A stretch of 60,837 nucleotides of DNA, the filler included. It is 5 parts of 5 records of this genome, joined end to end, with 100 filler letters (N's around TTAATTAATTAA, not from the genome) between each part and the next. Parts side by side here need not be neighbours in the genome. Positions count along the whole stretch, not along the records: positions 29,218 to 51,367 come from DRR723986_9646; positions 51,468 to 60,837 come from DRR723986_9653; 3 more parts are not named here. The stretch is one strand, 5' to 3'. The position numbers and the translations under genes were made by a program. Of this stretch, positions 49,363 through 58,880 are shown one piece after another. Each line of letters begins with the position of its first letter. Position 1 is the first letter of the stretch. Under the pieces are notes generated by a model. It saw only the letters and a program-made list of their open reading frames with translations. It was not told the origin of the DNA and ran no database searches.

Positions 49363-50346
49363 ATGACGACTGAACACAGAATATTCAGCAAAGACCTCGT
49401 GCCCGGTGAGCTGGCAGCTGCCTTCCTCCAAGTGGAAGGATTGGTGAAAAGCTACGCACCTTCGGATTCCTCTGTTCCTCCTGTGTTCGAGGCTGTGAAC
49501 TTCGACATACAGAAAGGTGAGTTTGTTTGCATCATTGGCCATTCGGGTTGCGGCAAAAGCACGATTCTGAACATTCTGGCCGGGCTGGATGAAGCCACGC
49601 AAGGCTATGTGATCATGAATGGCAAGGAAGTGGTAGGCCCGTCGCTGGACCGTGGGGTGGTGTTTCAAAGCCATGCGCTGATGCCCTGGATGACAGCGTT
49701 GAAAAACGTGGAGTTTGGTGTACGTTCTCGCTGGCCCGACAAAACCCCTGAAGAAGTCACCGAACATGCCATGAAGTATCTGGACATGGTGGGGTTGAGC
49801 AAAGCAGCCAACAAAAAGCCGCATGAACTGTCGGGAGGCATGAAGCAACGTGTGGGTATTGCCCGCGCCTTTGCCATTCAGCCGCAAATGCTGTTACTGG
49901 ACGAGCCATTCGGCGCACTGGATGCACTCACCCGCGGAACGATTCAGGACGAGTTACTGCAAATTGTGAAGGCCACAGGGCAAACCGTGTTCATGATTAC
50001 GCACGATGTGGATGAAGCCATTTTACTGGCCGACAAAGTGATGCTGATGAGCCATGGTCCACGCGCGCGCATTGCAGAAATTGTTGAAAACACCATGCCG
50101 CGCGAACGCACCCGAAGCACCGTGCATCACGACCCGCAGTACTACGCCATTCGCAACCATTTGGTTGATTTCCTGGTGAACCGTGCAGCACCCGCACCCA
50201 GCGCCGAACCCGATGGCAACAAATTGAATGCTGAATTGCACAAACAACCCACCGTGGTTCGCCCAGGCTTGAAAGCCCTGAGCAACACGAAAGTTGGCAC
50301 CGAGACAACACCCCCACTAAATTTGATTCAAAGGAGTGCACCATGA
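49363..50346 (+). CDS. NrtD/CynD-type ABC ATPase
   Basis: GHSGCGKST, LSGGMKQR, LLLDEPFGALD. Confidence 0.93.
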   Translation: MTTEHRIFSKDLVPGELAAAFLQVEGLVKSYAPSDSSVPPVFEAVNFDIQKGEFVCIIGHSGCGKSTILNILAGLDEATQGYVIMNGKEVVGPSLDRGVVFQSHALMPWMTALKNVEFGVRSRWPDKTPEEVTEHAMKYLDMVGLSKAANKKPHELSGGMKQRVGIARAFAIQPQMLLLDEPFGALDALTRGTIQDELLQIVKATGQTVFMITHDVDEAILLADKVMLMSHGPRARIAEIVENTMPRERTRSTVHHDPQYYAIRNHLVDFLVNRAAPAPSAEPDGNKLNAELHKQPTVVRPGLKALSNTKVGTETTPPLNLIQRSAP

Positions 50347-50786
50347 AACGAACCGACGTCACCGAATTGATTGTATTGGCCAAGCGCAAGAAGAAATGCA
50401 CTTGGGACGACTGTGCCAAAGTACTGGGCCAGTCCAAGGAATGGAGCACAGCGGCATTGCTGGGCCAGATGACCTTGACCGAAGAACAGGCCAAGAAAAT
50501 TGGCGAGTATTTGGCCTTGCCACCCGAGGCAGTGGATTGCCTGCAAGTTGTGCCTTACAAGGGGTCGCTGCCCACCGCCGTGCCGACTGACCCTCTGATT
50601 TATCGCTTTTATGAATTGATCAGTGTGTACGGCACTACCTTCAAGGAACTGATTCATGAAGAGTTTGGTGACGGCATCATGAGTGCGATCGACTTCAAAA
50701 TGGATTTGCAGCGCGAGCCTCACCCCATGGGTGACCGCGTCAGCATCAATATGAGCGGCAAATTCCTGCCCTACAAAACCTATTGA
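50343..50786 (+). CDS. cynS: Cyanase
   Basis: PTDPLIYRFYE, EEFGDGIMSAIDF, GKFLPY. Confidence 0.97.
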   Translation: MKRTDVTELIVLAKRKKKCTWDDCAKVLGQSKEWSTAALLGQMTLTEEQAKKIGEYLALPPEAVDCLQVVPYKGSLPTAVPTDPLIYRFYELISVYGTTFKELIHEEFGDGIMSAIDFKMDLQREPHPMGDRVSINMSGKFLPYKTY

Positions 50787-50866
50787 TTTCAAGGCCGAAT
50801 TTACGGCTGGCTGAACACCCCGGGTTAGAATAAGCGCTTGTCTTAATTCTTACCTGGGGTAATGCT

Positions 50867-51235
50867 GTGACTGATTCAACCAACAACGCCGCCGCTGGCG
50901 ACGAACTCGTACTTCCTTCTGGCGTGAAGCTGACTTTCAAAAAGCGCGGCACCGGCACGCAAAAGCCCACACCGAATTCAATCGTGGAAGTGCACTATGA
51001 GGGCACTTTTCTGGATGGTCGCGTATTCGATAGTTCAATCAAACGCAACGAAAAAATCTCTTTTCCGCTGAACCGTGTGATTCCAGCCTGGACCCAGGCT
51101 TTGTGCGAAATGGTGGTGGGTGATCGGGCAATCGTGTTCTGCCCATCCGACACTGCATATGGCGCGCGTGGTGCAGGTCCGATTCCGGGCAACACCGACT
51201 TGGTGTTTGATGTGGAGTTGTTCGACATCCGCTGA
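50867..51235 (+). CDS. FKBP-type peptidyl-prolyl isomerase
   Basis: VHYEGTFLDG.VFDSS, VIPAW, AYG, IPGNTDLVFDVEL. Confidence 0.93.
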   Translation: MTDSTNNAAAGDELVLPSGVKLTFKKRGTGTQKPTPNSIVEVHYEGTFLDGRVFDSSIKRNEKISFPLNRVIPAWTQALCEMVVGDRAIVFCPSDTAYGARGAGPIPGNTDLVFDVELFDIR

Positions 51236-51367
51236 GGTTTTTTGCTCACTTGGCATGGGTTGTTTGTGTCGCACTGGACTAGCGGACTAGTGGGCTTGGG
51301 AGCAAAACTTGAAGGGTCACCGCTGCGGTTTTTGGCAAACTCGGCATGGGTTACTTGTTCCGCACAG

Positions 51368-51467
51368 NNNNNNNNNNNNNNNNNNNNNNNNNNNNNNNNN
51401 NNNNNNNNNNNTTAATTAATTAANNNNNNNNNNNNNNNNNNNNNNNNNNNNNNNNNNNNNNNNNNNN
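51368..51467. other. Artificial contig linker
   Basis: N-run with TTAATTAATTAA. Confidence 0.99.
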
Positions 51468-51499
51468 AAAAGGATATCTTAACTTAAGAATTGAAGCAG

Positions 51500-51520
51500 C
51501 ATCGGTCATCGGTCATCGGT
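51500..51520. repeat. Short tandem repeat (CATCGGT)x3
   Basis: catcggtcatcggtcatcggt, intergenic. Confidence 0.6.
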
Positions 51521-51861
51521 CTTCCGGCCAGATAAGCAATGAATCTTAGGTGACAGGCATCTTTGCGGATAATCATATAATAGAAGATAGGATTCACCGA
51601 GTTTACCTTTCTGTTAAGAATATAAAACTGACTTAACCCTTAAAAAAGCACAAACCCGACCACTTGACTAAAATAAATTACTTTTTCATAACAAAAACTA
51701 ATCTGCTCATTGATAAAGACTATTTAATACATCTACTTTTTTAAAAAGTGTGGATTTATAAAAAGTCAATTAGTTGACCACATTACCTCTCCTTTATTAT
51801 TCAGGTTTTTAAAATAACAAATTGAAAACCTAAATTCTAAGCCTCCCTTTCTCTCCTTAGA

Positions 51862-51869
51862 TACTTTTG
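51862..51869 (+). promoter_or_regulatory. Candidate Bacteroidota -7 promoter element for susC
   Basis: TACTTTTG matches TAnnTTTG; no clear -33 element. Confidence 0.35.
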
Positions 51870-51957
51870 TCCTCTGATATCAGCCACAGCTACTTACATC
51901 TGGCTTCAAACTGATTATCAATTATTTAAAACCATTCTCAAATTTTAAATCTAGGAA

Positions 51958-54900
51958 ATGAAGAAGACTTTTACAGTTATTGCTTTGTTGATGCTGTTCC
52001 TGCCGACATGCCTTTTGGCGCAGGTTCAGATCAAAGGAAAAGTATCAGACGCCACAGGAGAGGGACTTCCAGGGGTAACCATATTGGTGAAGGGCACCAA
52101 TAAAGGGACGATTGCCGATTTTGATGGTAATTACACAATCATGGCAGACGAGAGCGCTATTTTAGTGTTTAGTTTTATTGGATTTGAAGCTCAAGAAGAG
52201 CCTATCAATGGAAGAAGTATTATCAATATCACTCTAACGGAAGACAGCAAGTCTCTGGATGAAGTAGTAGTAACTGCGATAGGTATCAAGCAGCAGAAGA
52301 AAAAACTAGGCTATGCTACGCAGGAAGTTCCAATGGAAGTAGTAGCAGAAGCTTCTACTTTGAACCTTGGGAATGCCTTATCTGGTCAAATTGCAGGATT
52401 GACAGTTACCAATCCCACGGGAATGTTCCAATCCCCTTCATTTAGTCTAAGAGGGAAAAGTCCATTGATTGTATTAGATGGCATTCCTCTAGAAAGTGAC
52501 TTATTTGACATCTCTCCAGAAGACATTGAAAGCATTAATGTGCTTAAAGGGGGGTCCGCCTCTGCCCTTTATGGCTCTAGAGGAAAAAATGGTGCAATTC
52601 TGATCACAAGAAAAAATGCGTCTAAAGAAGGGCTAACTGTAACTGCCTCTACGAACAATATGATTACTGCTGGTTTCACGGTCTTTCCAGAAACTCAGAC
52701 AGCATATGGAAATGGATCAAATGGAAAATATGAATTCTGGGATGGTGCAGATGGTGGTATCTCAGATGGTGACATGATCTGGGGTCCAAAGTTTGAACCT
52801 GGAGTAATGGTTCCTCAATGGAATAGCCCTATCCGTGATAAGCAGACAGGTGAAGAAATCGAATGGTACGGAAGCGTCACTGGTACCGTATATGATGACA
52901 AATCTCGCTATGAACGTGTACCTACAGAGTGGAAGCGTCATGATAATTTGAAAGATTTCATGAGAACTGGTGTAGTTACCAAAAATGACATTTCTGTTGC
53001 TTACCAAGGTGAAAAAGCTCAATTGAGATTTTCAGCAAATTATGCATTTCAGCAAGGTCAGGTTCCAAATACTTCTGTAAACACAGGAGGTTTTAACTTT
53101 AACTCTACTTTTAAGCTCAGTGAAAAATTGCAATTGGATGCGACATTGGGTTACAATAAAGTTTACTCCCCAAACTATCCACGATACGGATATGGTCCTA
53201 AAAACCACATGTACACAATCCTGATATGGATGGGTGATGATGTAAATGGCCAGGACTTGAGAGACCACATGTACGTACCTGGACTGGAAGGCTATAGACA
53301 AGCTAACTTTAATTATGCTTGGTATAACAATGTCTATTTTGCAGCCAACGAACTGAATCAGGTTCACAACAGAAATGTAATGGACGGCAAGCTGAAACTG
53401 AAATATCAGATCATGCCTGATTTGTACATACAAGGTAGAATCTCTGCGAGACAGAGATCTCTTTTTGAAGATATGCAGAGTCCGAAGTCCTATATGAATT
53501 ATGGAGACTCCAGAAACGGCGATTACAAATTCTGGAATGATGACCAGTTAAACCTTGACACGGATTTCCTTGCCGCCTACAATAAGAATTTCAACGAAAC
53601 CTTTGGATTAACAGTCAACGCGGGTGCTTCAAGTTTCTACAGAAGCTACAAACAAGCTTATTCTTCTTCAGATGGATTGATCGTTCCTTATGTTTATAGC
53701 TTAAATAACACCCAGGGTCCAGTTCAAGCTTCCAATTATTTGGAAGAAAAAGAAATTCGAAGTGTATATGGCTCAATAGGCTTAGACGTATGGCAATCGC
53801 TTTTCTTCAACTTTACAGCAAGAAATGACTGGTCGTCGACCTTGCCAAAGGTTAACAATTCGTACTTCTACCCATCTGCCTCTATAAGTGCAATTGTATC
53901 TGAATTTGTTACCCTGCCAAAAGCAATCGACTTCATCAAGTTGTATGGATCCTGGTCTGAGGTTTCGAGTGATTTGAGTCCTTACAGTATTTACTCTGCT
54001 TACAATAAAGGAGTGACTTACGGTTCTATCCCTTCAGTAAACTATTCCTCGAGCCTTGTAAATCCTGAGATCATGCCTCAGAAATCAACAACTTTCGAAG
54101 CTGGTTTATCTACTTCATTTGCTCAGAAAAGATTAAGTGTAGAAGGAACCTACTATAGAATTTTGGATGAAAATCAGATCATAGATCTAAGCATATCTGA
54201 AGCATCTGGCTACTCTTCACGCAAGGTGAACGGAAACGAATACACCACCAACGGTTTTGAATTAATGTTGAATTATGCAGCAATTCAGAAAGAAAAATTC
54301 TCTTGGAACATTGGTGCCAACTGGACCAAGTTTGAGCGAAAAATCACAGGCATCTATGGCGACGAGGAGAAATTCGGCAACCTAAGCGTAGGTGATAGAG
54401 CAGATAGCTATTATGCTACTGTTTGGCAAAAAAGTGCTGATGGTCAAGTAATCCTAGACGCCAACACTGGAATGCCTTCCAGAGATCCTTTCCCAACTAA
54501 AATTGGCCACCTAGACCCATCCTGGAGATTTGGTATCCAAAACCAATTTAACATCAACAAATTCAGAATTGCAATGGATGTGGATGGTGCCTGGGGAGGA
54601 TTACTGAGATCAGTGACTATAGAGAAAATGTGGTGGGGAGGTAAGCACCCGAACTCTACAGAATATAGAGATGCAGAATATGCTGCCGGGCAACCAGTCT
54701 ATGTACCAGAAGGTGTAGTAGTCACTGGGGGTGAATTGGTACGAGATGTAAATGGAAATGTAATTTCTGACTCCAGAGAATACACTCCAAACACAACTGC
54801 AGTGAGCTGGCAGACCTGGTCGCAGACCTATCCATATAGAGCACAAGTCACTGAAGACGAAAGCAAAACTTTTGCGAATGTGTATGACCGTTCCTACCTC

Positions 54901-55104
54901 AAGTTGAGAAGACTCTCTGTAACCTATGACTTGATGAACCTCATGCAGTCCAAAAAAATTAAAAACCTTGATCTGACACTTTATGGATACAATCTATTTG
55001 TACTGAAGAAATTGCCTTATCTAGACCCGGACTATGGCAATGATAACAATCTACAGGATCCATCTTCTCGCTATGTAGGCATGACCTTGAAGGCCGTATT
55101 TTAA
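51958..55104 (+). CDS. susC: SusC/RagA family TonB-dependent receptor
   Basis: Signal peptide, N-terminal LPGVTILVKGT domain, LDEVVVTAIG, VLKGGSASALYGSRGKNGAILIT plug, RNDWSSTL, C-terminal F. Confidence 0.95.
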   Translation: MKKTFTVIALLMLFLPTCLLAQVQIKGKVSDATGEGLPGVTILVKGTNKGTIADFDGNYTIMADESAILVFSFIGFEAQEEPINGRSIINITLTEDSKSLDEVVVTAIGIKQQKKKLGYATQEVPMEVVAEASTLNLGNALSGQIAGLTVTNPTGMFQSPSFSLRGKSPLIVLDGIPLESDLFDISPEDIESINVLKGGSASALYGSRGKNGAILITRKNASKEGLTVTASTNNMITAGFTVFPETQTAYGNGSNGKYEFWDGADGGISDGDMIWGPKFEPGVMVPQWNSPIRDKQTGEEIEWYGSVTGTVYDDKSRYERVPTEWKRHDNLKDFMRTGVVTKNDISVAYQGEKAQLRFSANYAFQQGQVPNTSVNTGGFNFNSTFKLSEKLQLDATLGYNKVYSPNYPRYGYGPKNHMYTILIWMGDDVNGQDLRDHMYVPGLEGYRQANFNYAWYNNVYFAANELNQVHNRNVMDGKLKLKYQIMPDLYIQGRISARQRSLFEDMQSPKSYMNYGDSRNGDYKFWNDDQLNLDTDFLAAYNKNFNETFGLTVNAGASSFYRSYKQAYSSSDGLIVPYVYSLNNTQGPVQASNYLEEKEIRSVYGSIGLDVWQSLFFNFTARNDWSSTLPKVNNSYFYPSASISAIVSEFVTLPKAIDFIKLYGSWSEVSSDLSPYSIYSAYNKGVTYGSIPSVNYSSSLVNPEIMPQKSTTFEAGLSTSFAQKRLSVEGTYYRILDENQIIDLSISEASGYSSRKVNGNEYTTNGFELMLNYAAIQKEKFSWNIGANWTKFERKITGIYGDEEKFGNLSVGDRADSYYATVWQKSADGQVILDANTGMPSRDPFPTKIGHLDPSWRFGIQNQFNINKFRIAMDVDGAWGGLLRSVTIEKMWWGGKHPNSTEYRDAEYAAGQPVYVPEGVVVTGGELVRDVNGNVISDSREYTPNTTAVSWQTWSQTYPYRAQVTEDESKTFANVYDRSYLKLRRLSVTYDLMNLMQSKKIKNLDLTLYGYNLFVLKKLPYLDPDYGNDNNLQDPSSRYVGMTLKAVF

Positions 55105-55134
55105 TTGATTTCAGTCAGAAAAAACTTGAATAAA

Positions 55135-56610
55135 ATGAAAAACATATTAGTTATCCTATTTCTTTCTATGGTGTTCATTTCCTGCTCCGATTTGGAGGAA
55201 ATGAACATCAACCCTAACCTACCTACTGAAACTCACCCTCAGCTCCTACTGACAAACGTAGAATGGGATGTCTTCAGAGCTTATGGAGGCACTTCTCCAC
55301 TTTATGCGCAGAAAATGCTCGTTCAGACCGATGGAGAAAACTCCAATCAATTTTACAAATGGGACAGAGGCAGCTTCGGACCGTATTCTGTATTGAGAAA
55401 TGTAACCAAAATGATCGAAGAGGCTGAGCGAATTAATGATCCTTCCTACATCGCTTTGGGCAAGTTCTTTAGAAGCTACTACTTCTTCAATTTAACTTTG
55501 AATTTTGGTGATGTGCCTTATTCTTCTGCCTTGAAAGGTGAAACCAATGAAGAATATGCTCCAATATATGACGATCAGGAAACTGTATTCAACGGAATTT
55601 TGATGGAATTGAAAGAGGCTGAAGAGATACTTTCGGAGCAAAACACAATTATTGCTGGTGATATTATCTATGGTGGAAATGTGCTTTCTTGGAGAAAATT
55701 GATTAATGCCTTCCGACTTAAAGTTTTGATGACTCTTTCTCCTAAGGTAGAGTCAGGAGAAATCGACCCATCTGAATTCAATTCTATTTTCACGAAAAAT
55801 CCATTAATGGAAAGTGAGTCTGAAAGTGGTCAATTGGTTTTCTTAGATCAGCAAAACAACCGTTACCCTGACTTCAATAGTAGTGGATTCAGTTCTGGGA
55901 TGTACATTGATTCTACATTTATCCAGAGACTACAGGTTAGAAAGGACCCTCGTCTATTTATCTACTGTACTCAGACGAAATCTGCCAAAGAAGCGGGTAA
56001 GGCAATAGATGACTTCTCTGCATACGAAGGTGGTGATCCTGCTGCTCCTTATGGCGAAGTAAATGAAAAAGCAACTCAAGGAAATGTGTCTAAAGTGAAT
56101 GATAGGTACCACAGAGACCCTGTGAACGAACCTTACAAGCTTATGGGCTATTCTGAGCAGCAACTGATTCTAGCTGAAGCTGCTGTTCGAGGCTGGATCA
56201 ATGCAGACGCCAAAATGCTTTATGAATCTGGAGTAAAAGGTTCTTTCAAATTCTATGAAATGTATTCTGAAGAATACAGCAGCTATGTAGATGCTGATGC
56301 AGCGTTGAGCTACCTGAACGAACCATTGAATGACTTTTCCAATGCCACCCAGAAGGAAGAAAAAATCGAGATGATTGTCATGCAAAAATACCTACAGTCT
56401 TTCTTCCAGATGCAATGGACATCTTTCTACGACCATCATCGCACAGGTTTCCCTTCTTTCAGAAGACCTGCAGGAGTAGAGATTCCATACAGATGGATCT
56501 ATCCCCAGTCAGAATACAATTTCAATGCTGACAATGTTACTTCCGCGATTACAAAACAATTTGGAGCAGGCAATGACAACATTCACGAAATGACGTGGTG
56601 GATTAAATAA
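55135..56610 (+). CDS. susD: SusD/RagB family lipoprotein
   Basis: Lipobox FISC, NINPN, FGDVPYSSA, RTGFP, RWIYPQSE, terminal WW. Confidence 0.92.
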   Translation: MKNILVILFLSMVFISCSDLEEMNINPNLPTETHPQLLLTNVEWDVFRAYGGTSPLYAQKMLVQTDGENSNQFYKWDRGSFGPYSVLRNVTKMIEEAERINDPSYIALGKFFRSYYFFNLTLNFGDVPYSSALKGETNEEYAPIYDDQETVFNGILMELKEAEEILSEQNTIIAGDIIYGGNVLSWRKLINAFRLKVLMTLSPKVESGEIDPSEFNSIFTKNPLMESESESGQLVFLDQQNNRYPDFNSSGFSSGMYIDSTFIQRLQVRKDPRLFIYCTQTKSAKEAGKAIDDFSAYEGGDPAAPYGEVNEKATQGNVSKVNDRYHRDPVNEPYKLMGYSEQQLILAEAAVRGWINADAKMLYESGVKGSFKFYEMYSEEYSSYVDADAALSYLNEPLNDFSNATQKEEKIEMIVMQKYLQSFFQMQWTSFYDHHRTGFPSFRRPAGVEIPYRWIYPQSEYNFNADNVTSAITKQFGAGNDNIHEMTWWIK

Positions 56611-56633
56611 CACCCAATTGAAATAAATTAAAT

Positions 56634-56670
56634 GGGCTTTTCTCAATAAGAGACGAAGCCCTTTTTTCTT
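56634..56670 (+). terminator. Intrinsic terminator after susD
   Basis: GGGCTT...AAGCCC followed by a T-run. Confidence 0.6.
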
Positions 56671-56731
56671 TATAGCGTATACAAAATCATGATAATCATA
56701 TCTTAGCATATCATTCATTTGAGAAGCATCA

Positions 56732-56759
56732 AAAAGCCCAGACTTTCATCTGGGCTTTT
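56732..56759 (-). terminator. Intrinsic terminator after the M1 peptidase
   Basis: AAAAGCCCAGA-ctttca-TCTGGGCTTTT. Confidence 0.75.
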
Positions 56760-56764
56760 CTACT

Positions 56765-58723
56765 TTAATTTTCGTATAGATGCTGTGGCCAGCTATCGTT
56801 ACCAAGATTTACATCTGGAAGAAGCTTATCCGGATCAATAACTACGCTTTTCACTTTCTTGTCAGTTTTCAACAAGTAATTCCAAGTATCACCTCTTTGC
56901 CAAATCTCTACAGGAAGCATTTTTCGCTCTGTGGTACCATCCTCAAAAGTAACTTCCAGCAATACTGGCATTGGCATATCTCCTTTGTTTGCTAAAACAA
57001 CCACATAGTTGCCAGCATAAGGAACTACTGCACTTACACCTAAATCAATATTACCTGTTCCGTAGAACCATCCTTGCCAAAACCATGAAAGGTTTTCACC
57101 AGCTACATTTTCAATATGATTGAAGAAATCTTTTGGTTGCGGATGCTTGTAAGCCCATGTTTTGATGTAGGACTTAAACGCATTGTCAAAACGCTCATGG
57201 CCCAGTACATATTCACGAAGCAACAACAATCCCATTGCAGGCTTATTGTATGCTAACATTCCCAAATTATTGATATTCACAACATCTGGATAGGTATCGA
57301 TTCCCTCTCGTGTCTCGCTAGTAAAGAAATTCACATATCTGCGAGTTTGATTCAGATTAGAAGGATACTCTCCTTCATTGAATGCCAATGTACTGTAATG
57401 ATTGATAAACGTGTTAAAACCTTCATCCATCCAAGCATAACGACGCTCGTTAGTACCTACGATCATTGGGAACCAGTTGTGTCCAAATTCGTGATCAGTC
57501 ACGCCCCACAACCCTGCTCCTTTGGAATTATAGCTACAGAAGTTCAGGCCGGGATACTCCATGCCTCCTATGTCTGCTGCCACATTAGTTGCAGTTGCAT
57601 AAGGAAACTCAAACCACATTTCGGAATAATGCTCGATTGAAGCTTTACTATATTCCGTTGATCTTGACCAAGCTTCTATCCCATTTGATTCTTTAGGATA
57701 TGCAGACTGAGCCAAAATTTTCTTCCCACTAGGAAGATTGATTTTTGCAGCATCCCAGATAAATGCTTTGGAAGTAGCAAAAGCCACATCGCGGCTATTT
57801 TCGATAGCGAAGTGCCAAGTGACCGTTCCTTCTTGCTTAGGTCTCGTCAATTCTGTATTGCCAAGCTCCTCGGCAGTAATCAACATTACAGTGGTATCAC
57901 TGTCCTTTGCTTTCGCATAACGATTCTGAAGCTCTTTGCTTAGCACTTCTTTTGGATTCAAAAGCTCACCGGAACCTACCACGATGTGGTCATAAGGCAC
58001 AGTAACTTTATAATCAAAATCTCCATACTCGAGGTAAAACTCTCCAGCTCCCAAGTATGGCTCGACATTCCAACCTTCTACATCATCGAATACCGCTACT
58101 TTAGGATACCACTGAGCAAAAGCATAAATCCAACCATCTTCTACTTCTAATCTTCCCATTCTATCCATTCCTTCAACTGGAACTTTGAAAGAGAAATCCA
58201 TAGAAACAGTTGCTGTTCCACCTTTCGCTGGGATAGGCTCATTGAACCAAACCTGCATTCTTGTGTCAGAATCAATATGCTTGGTAGAAACTGACCCTTT
58301 GGAACCAACTTTGGCCTGTAGATTTGTTATTTCATATCCTCCATCCACATCACCATTGTAACGGTTGCCTTGAATCGGGGTAGTCAATGTACCTCGGGAA
58401 TCCTCGGTGAATCGATTTTGCTCCATCTGCATCCAGATAAAATCTAAAGACTCAGGGCTGTTATTTGTATAAGTAAGGGTGATGTTTCCGGCCAGCGTAT
58501 GGGTGGAATCATCCAAGGTTACCGCGATTTGGTAGTCCGCTTTGTTCTGCCAGTATCCCACATTAGGTTTTCCTGAGGCAGATCGGGTATACGTACCTTT
58601 ACGGTTGATAAATTCTCCAAATTCCTTTTGGTTATTCTTTTTTACTTCTTGAGCAAAAGAATTGCTGAATCCTGCGAGCATAGCTCCTGCAAAAAGCAGC
58701 TTAACTATTATTTTCCTGCGCAT
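56765..58723 (-). CDS. M1 family metallopeptidase (exported)
   Basis: GGMEYP, HEFGHNWF...WMDEG (HExxH-x18-E); signal peptide; probable start at 58723. Confidence 0.93.
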   Translation of the reverse strand: MRRKIIVKLLFAGAMLAGFSNSFAQEVKKNNQKEFGEFINRKGTYTRSASGKPNVGYWQNKADYQIAVTLDDSTHTLAGNITLTYTNNSPESLDFIWMQMEQNRFTEDSRGTLTTPIQGNRYNGDVDGGYEITNLQAKVGSKGSVSTKHIDSDTRMQVWFNEPIPAKGGTATVSMDFSFKVPVEGMDRMGRLEVEDGWIYAFAQWYPKVAVFDDVEGWNVEPYLGAGEFYLEYGDFDYKVTVPYDHIVVGSGELLNPKEVLSKELQNRYAKAKDSDTTVMLITAEELGNTELTRPKQEGTVTWHFAIENSRDVAFATSKAFIWDAAKINLPSGKKILAQSAYPKESNGIEAWSRSTEYSKASIEHYSEMWFEFPYATATNVAADIGGMEYPGLNFCSYNSKGAGLWGVTDHEFGHNWFPMIVGTNERRYAWMDEGFNTFINHYSTLAFNEGEYPSNLNQTRRYVNFFTSETREGIDTYPDVVNINNLGMLAYNKPAMGLLLLREYVLGHERFDNAFKSYIKTWAYKHPQPKDFFNHIENVAGENLSWFWQGWFYGTGNIDLGVSAVVPYAGNYVVVLANKGDMPMPVLLEVTFEDGTTERKMLPVEIWQRGDTWNYLLKTDKKVKSVVIDPDKLLPDVNLGNDSWPQHLYEN

Positions 58724-58880
58724 ACTATTTATTTGATTTAGTTTCAAAAGTAAGAATTGCTATTCTAACCTCCCTTATATTTTCCATGAGATTCGCCCTT
58801 TAAGGAATTTTTAGAAATATATCCTTATTGGAAAAAGGATATTTTCAGTCCACTTTTGGGTTACTATTTACGATCAACCC

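Noticed and set aside
9403-51467. Four identical N/TTAATTAATTAA blocks that look like a repeat family
   Set aside because: Artificial 100-nt linkers; flanking genes are truncated and come from different taxa, so no association across linkers is meaningful
51500-51520. (CATCGGT)x3 as a CRISPR remnant or phase-variation tract
   Set aside because: Only three 7-mers with no spacers, no cas genes, and far from any start codon
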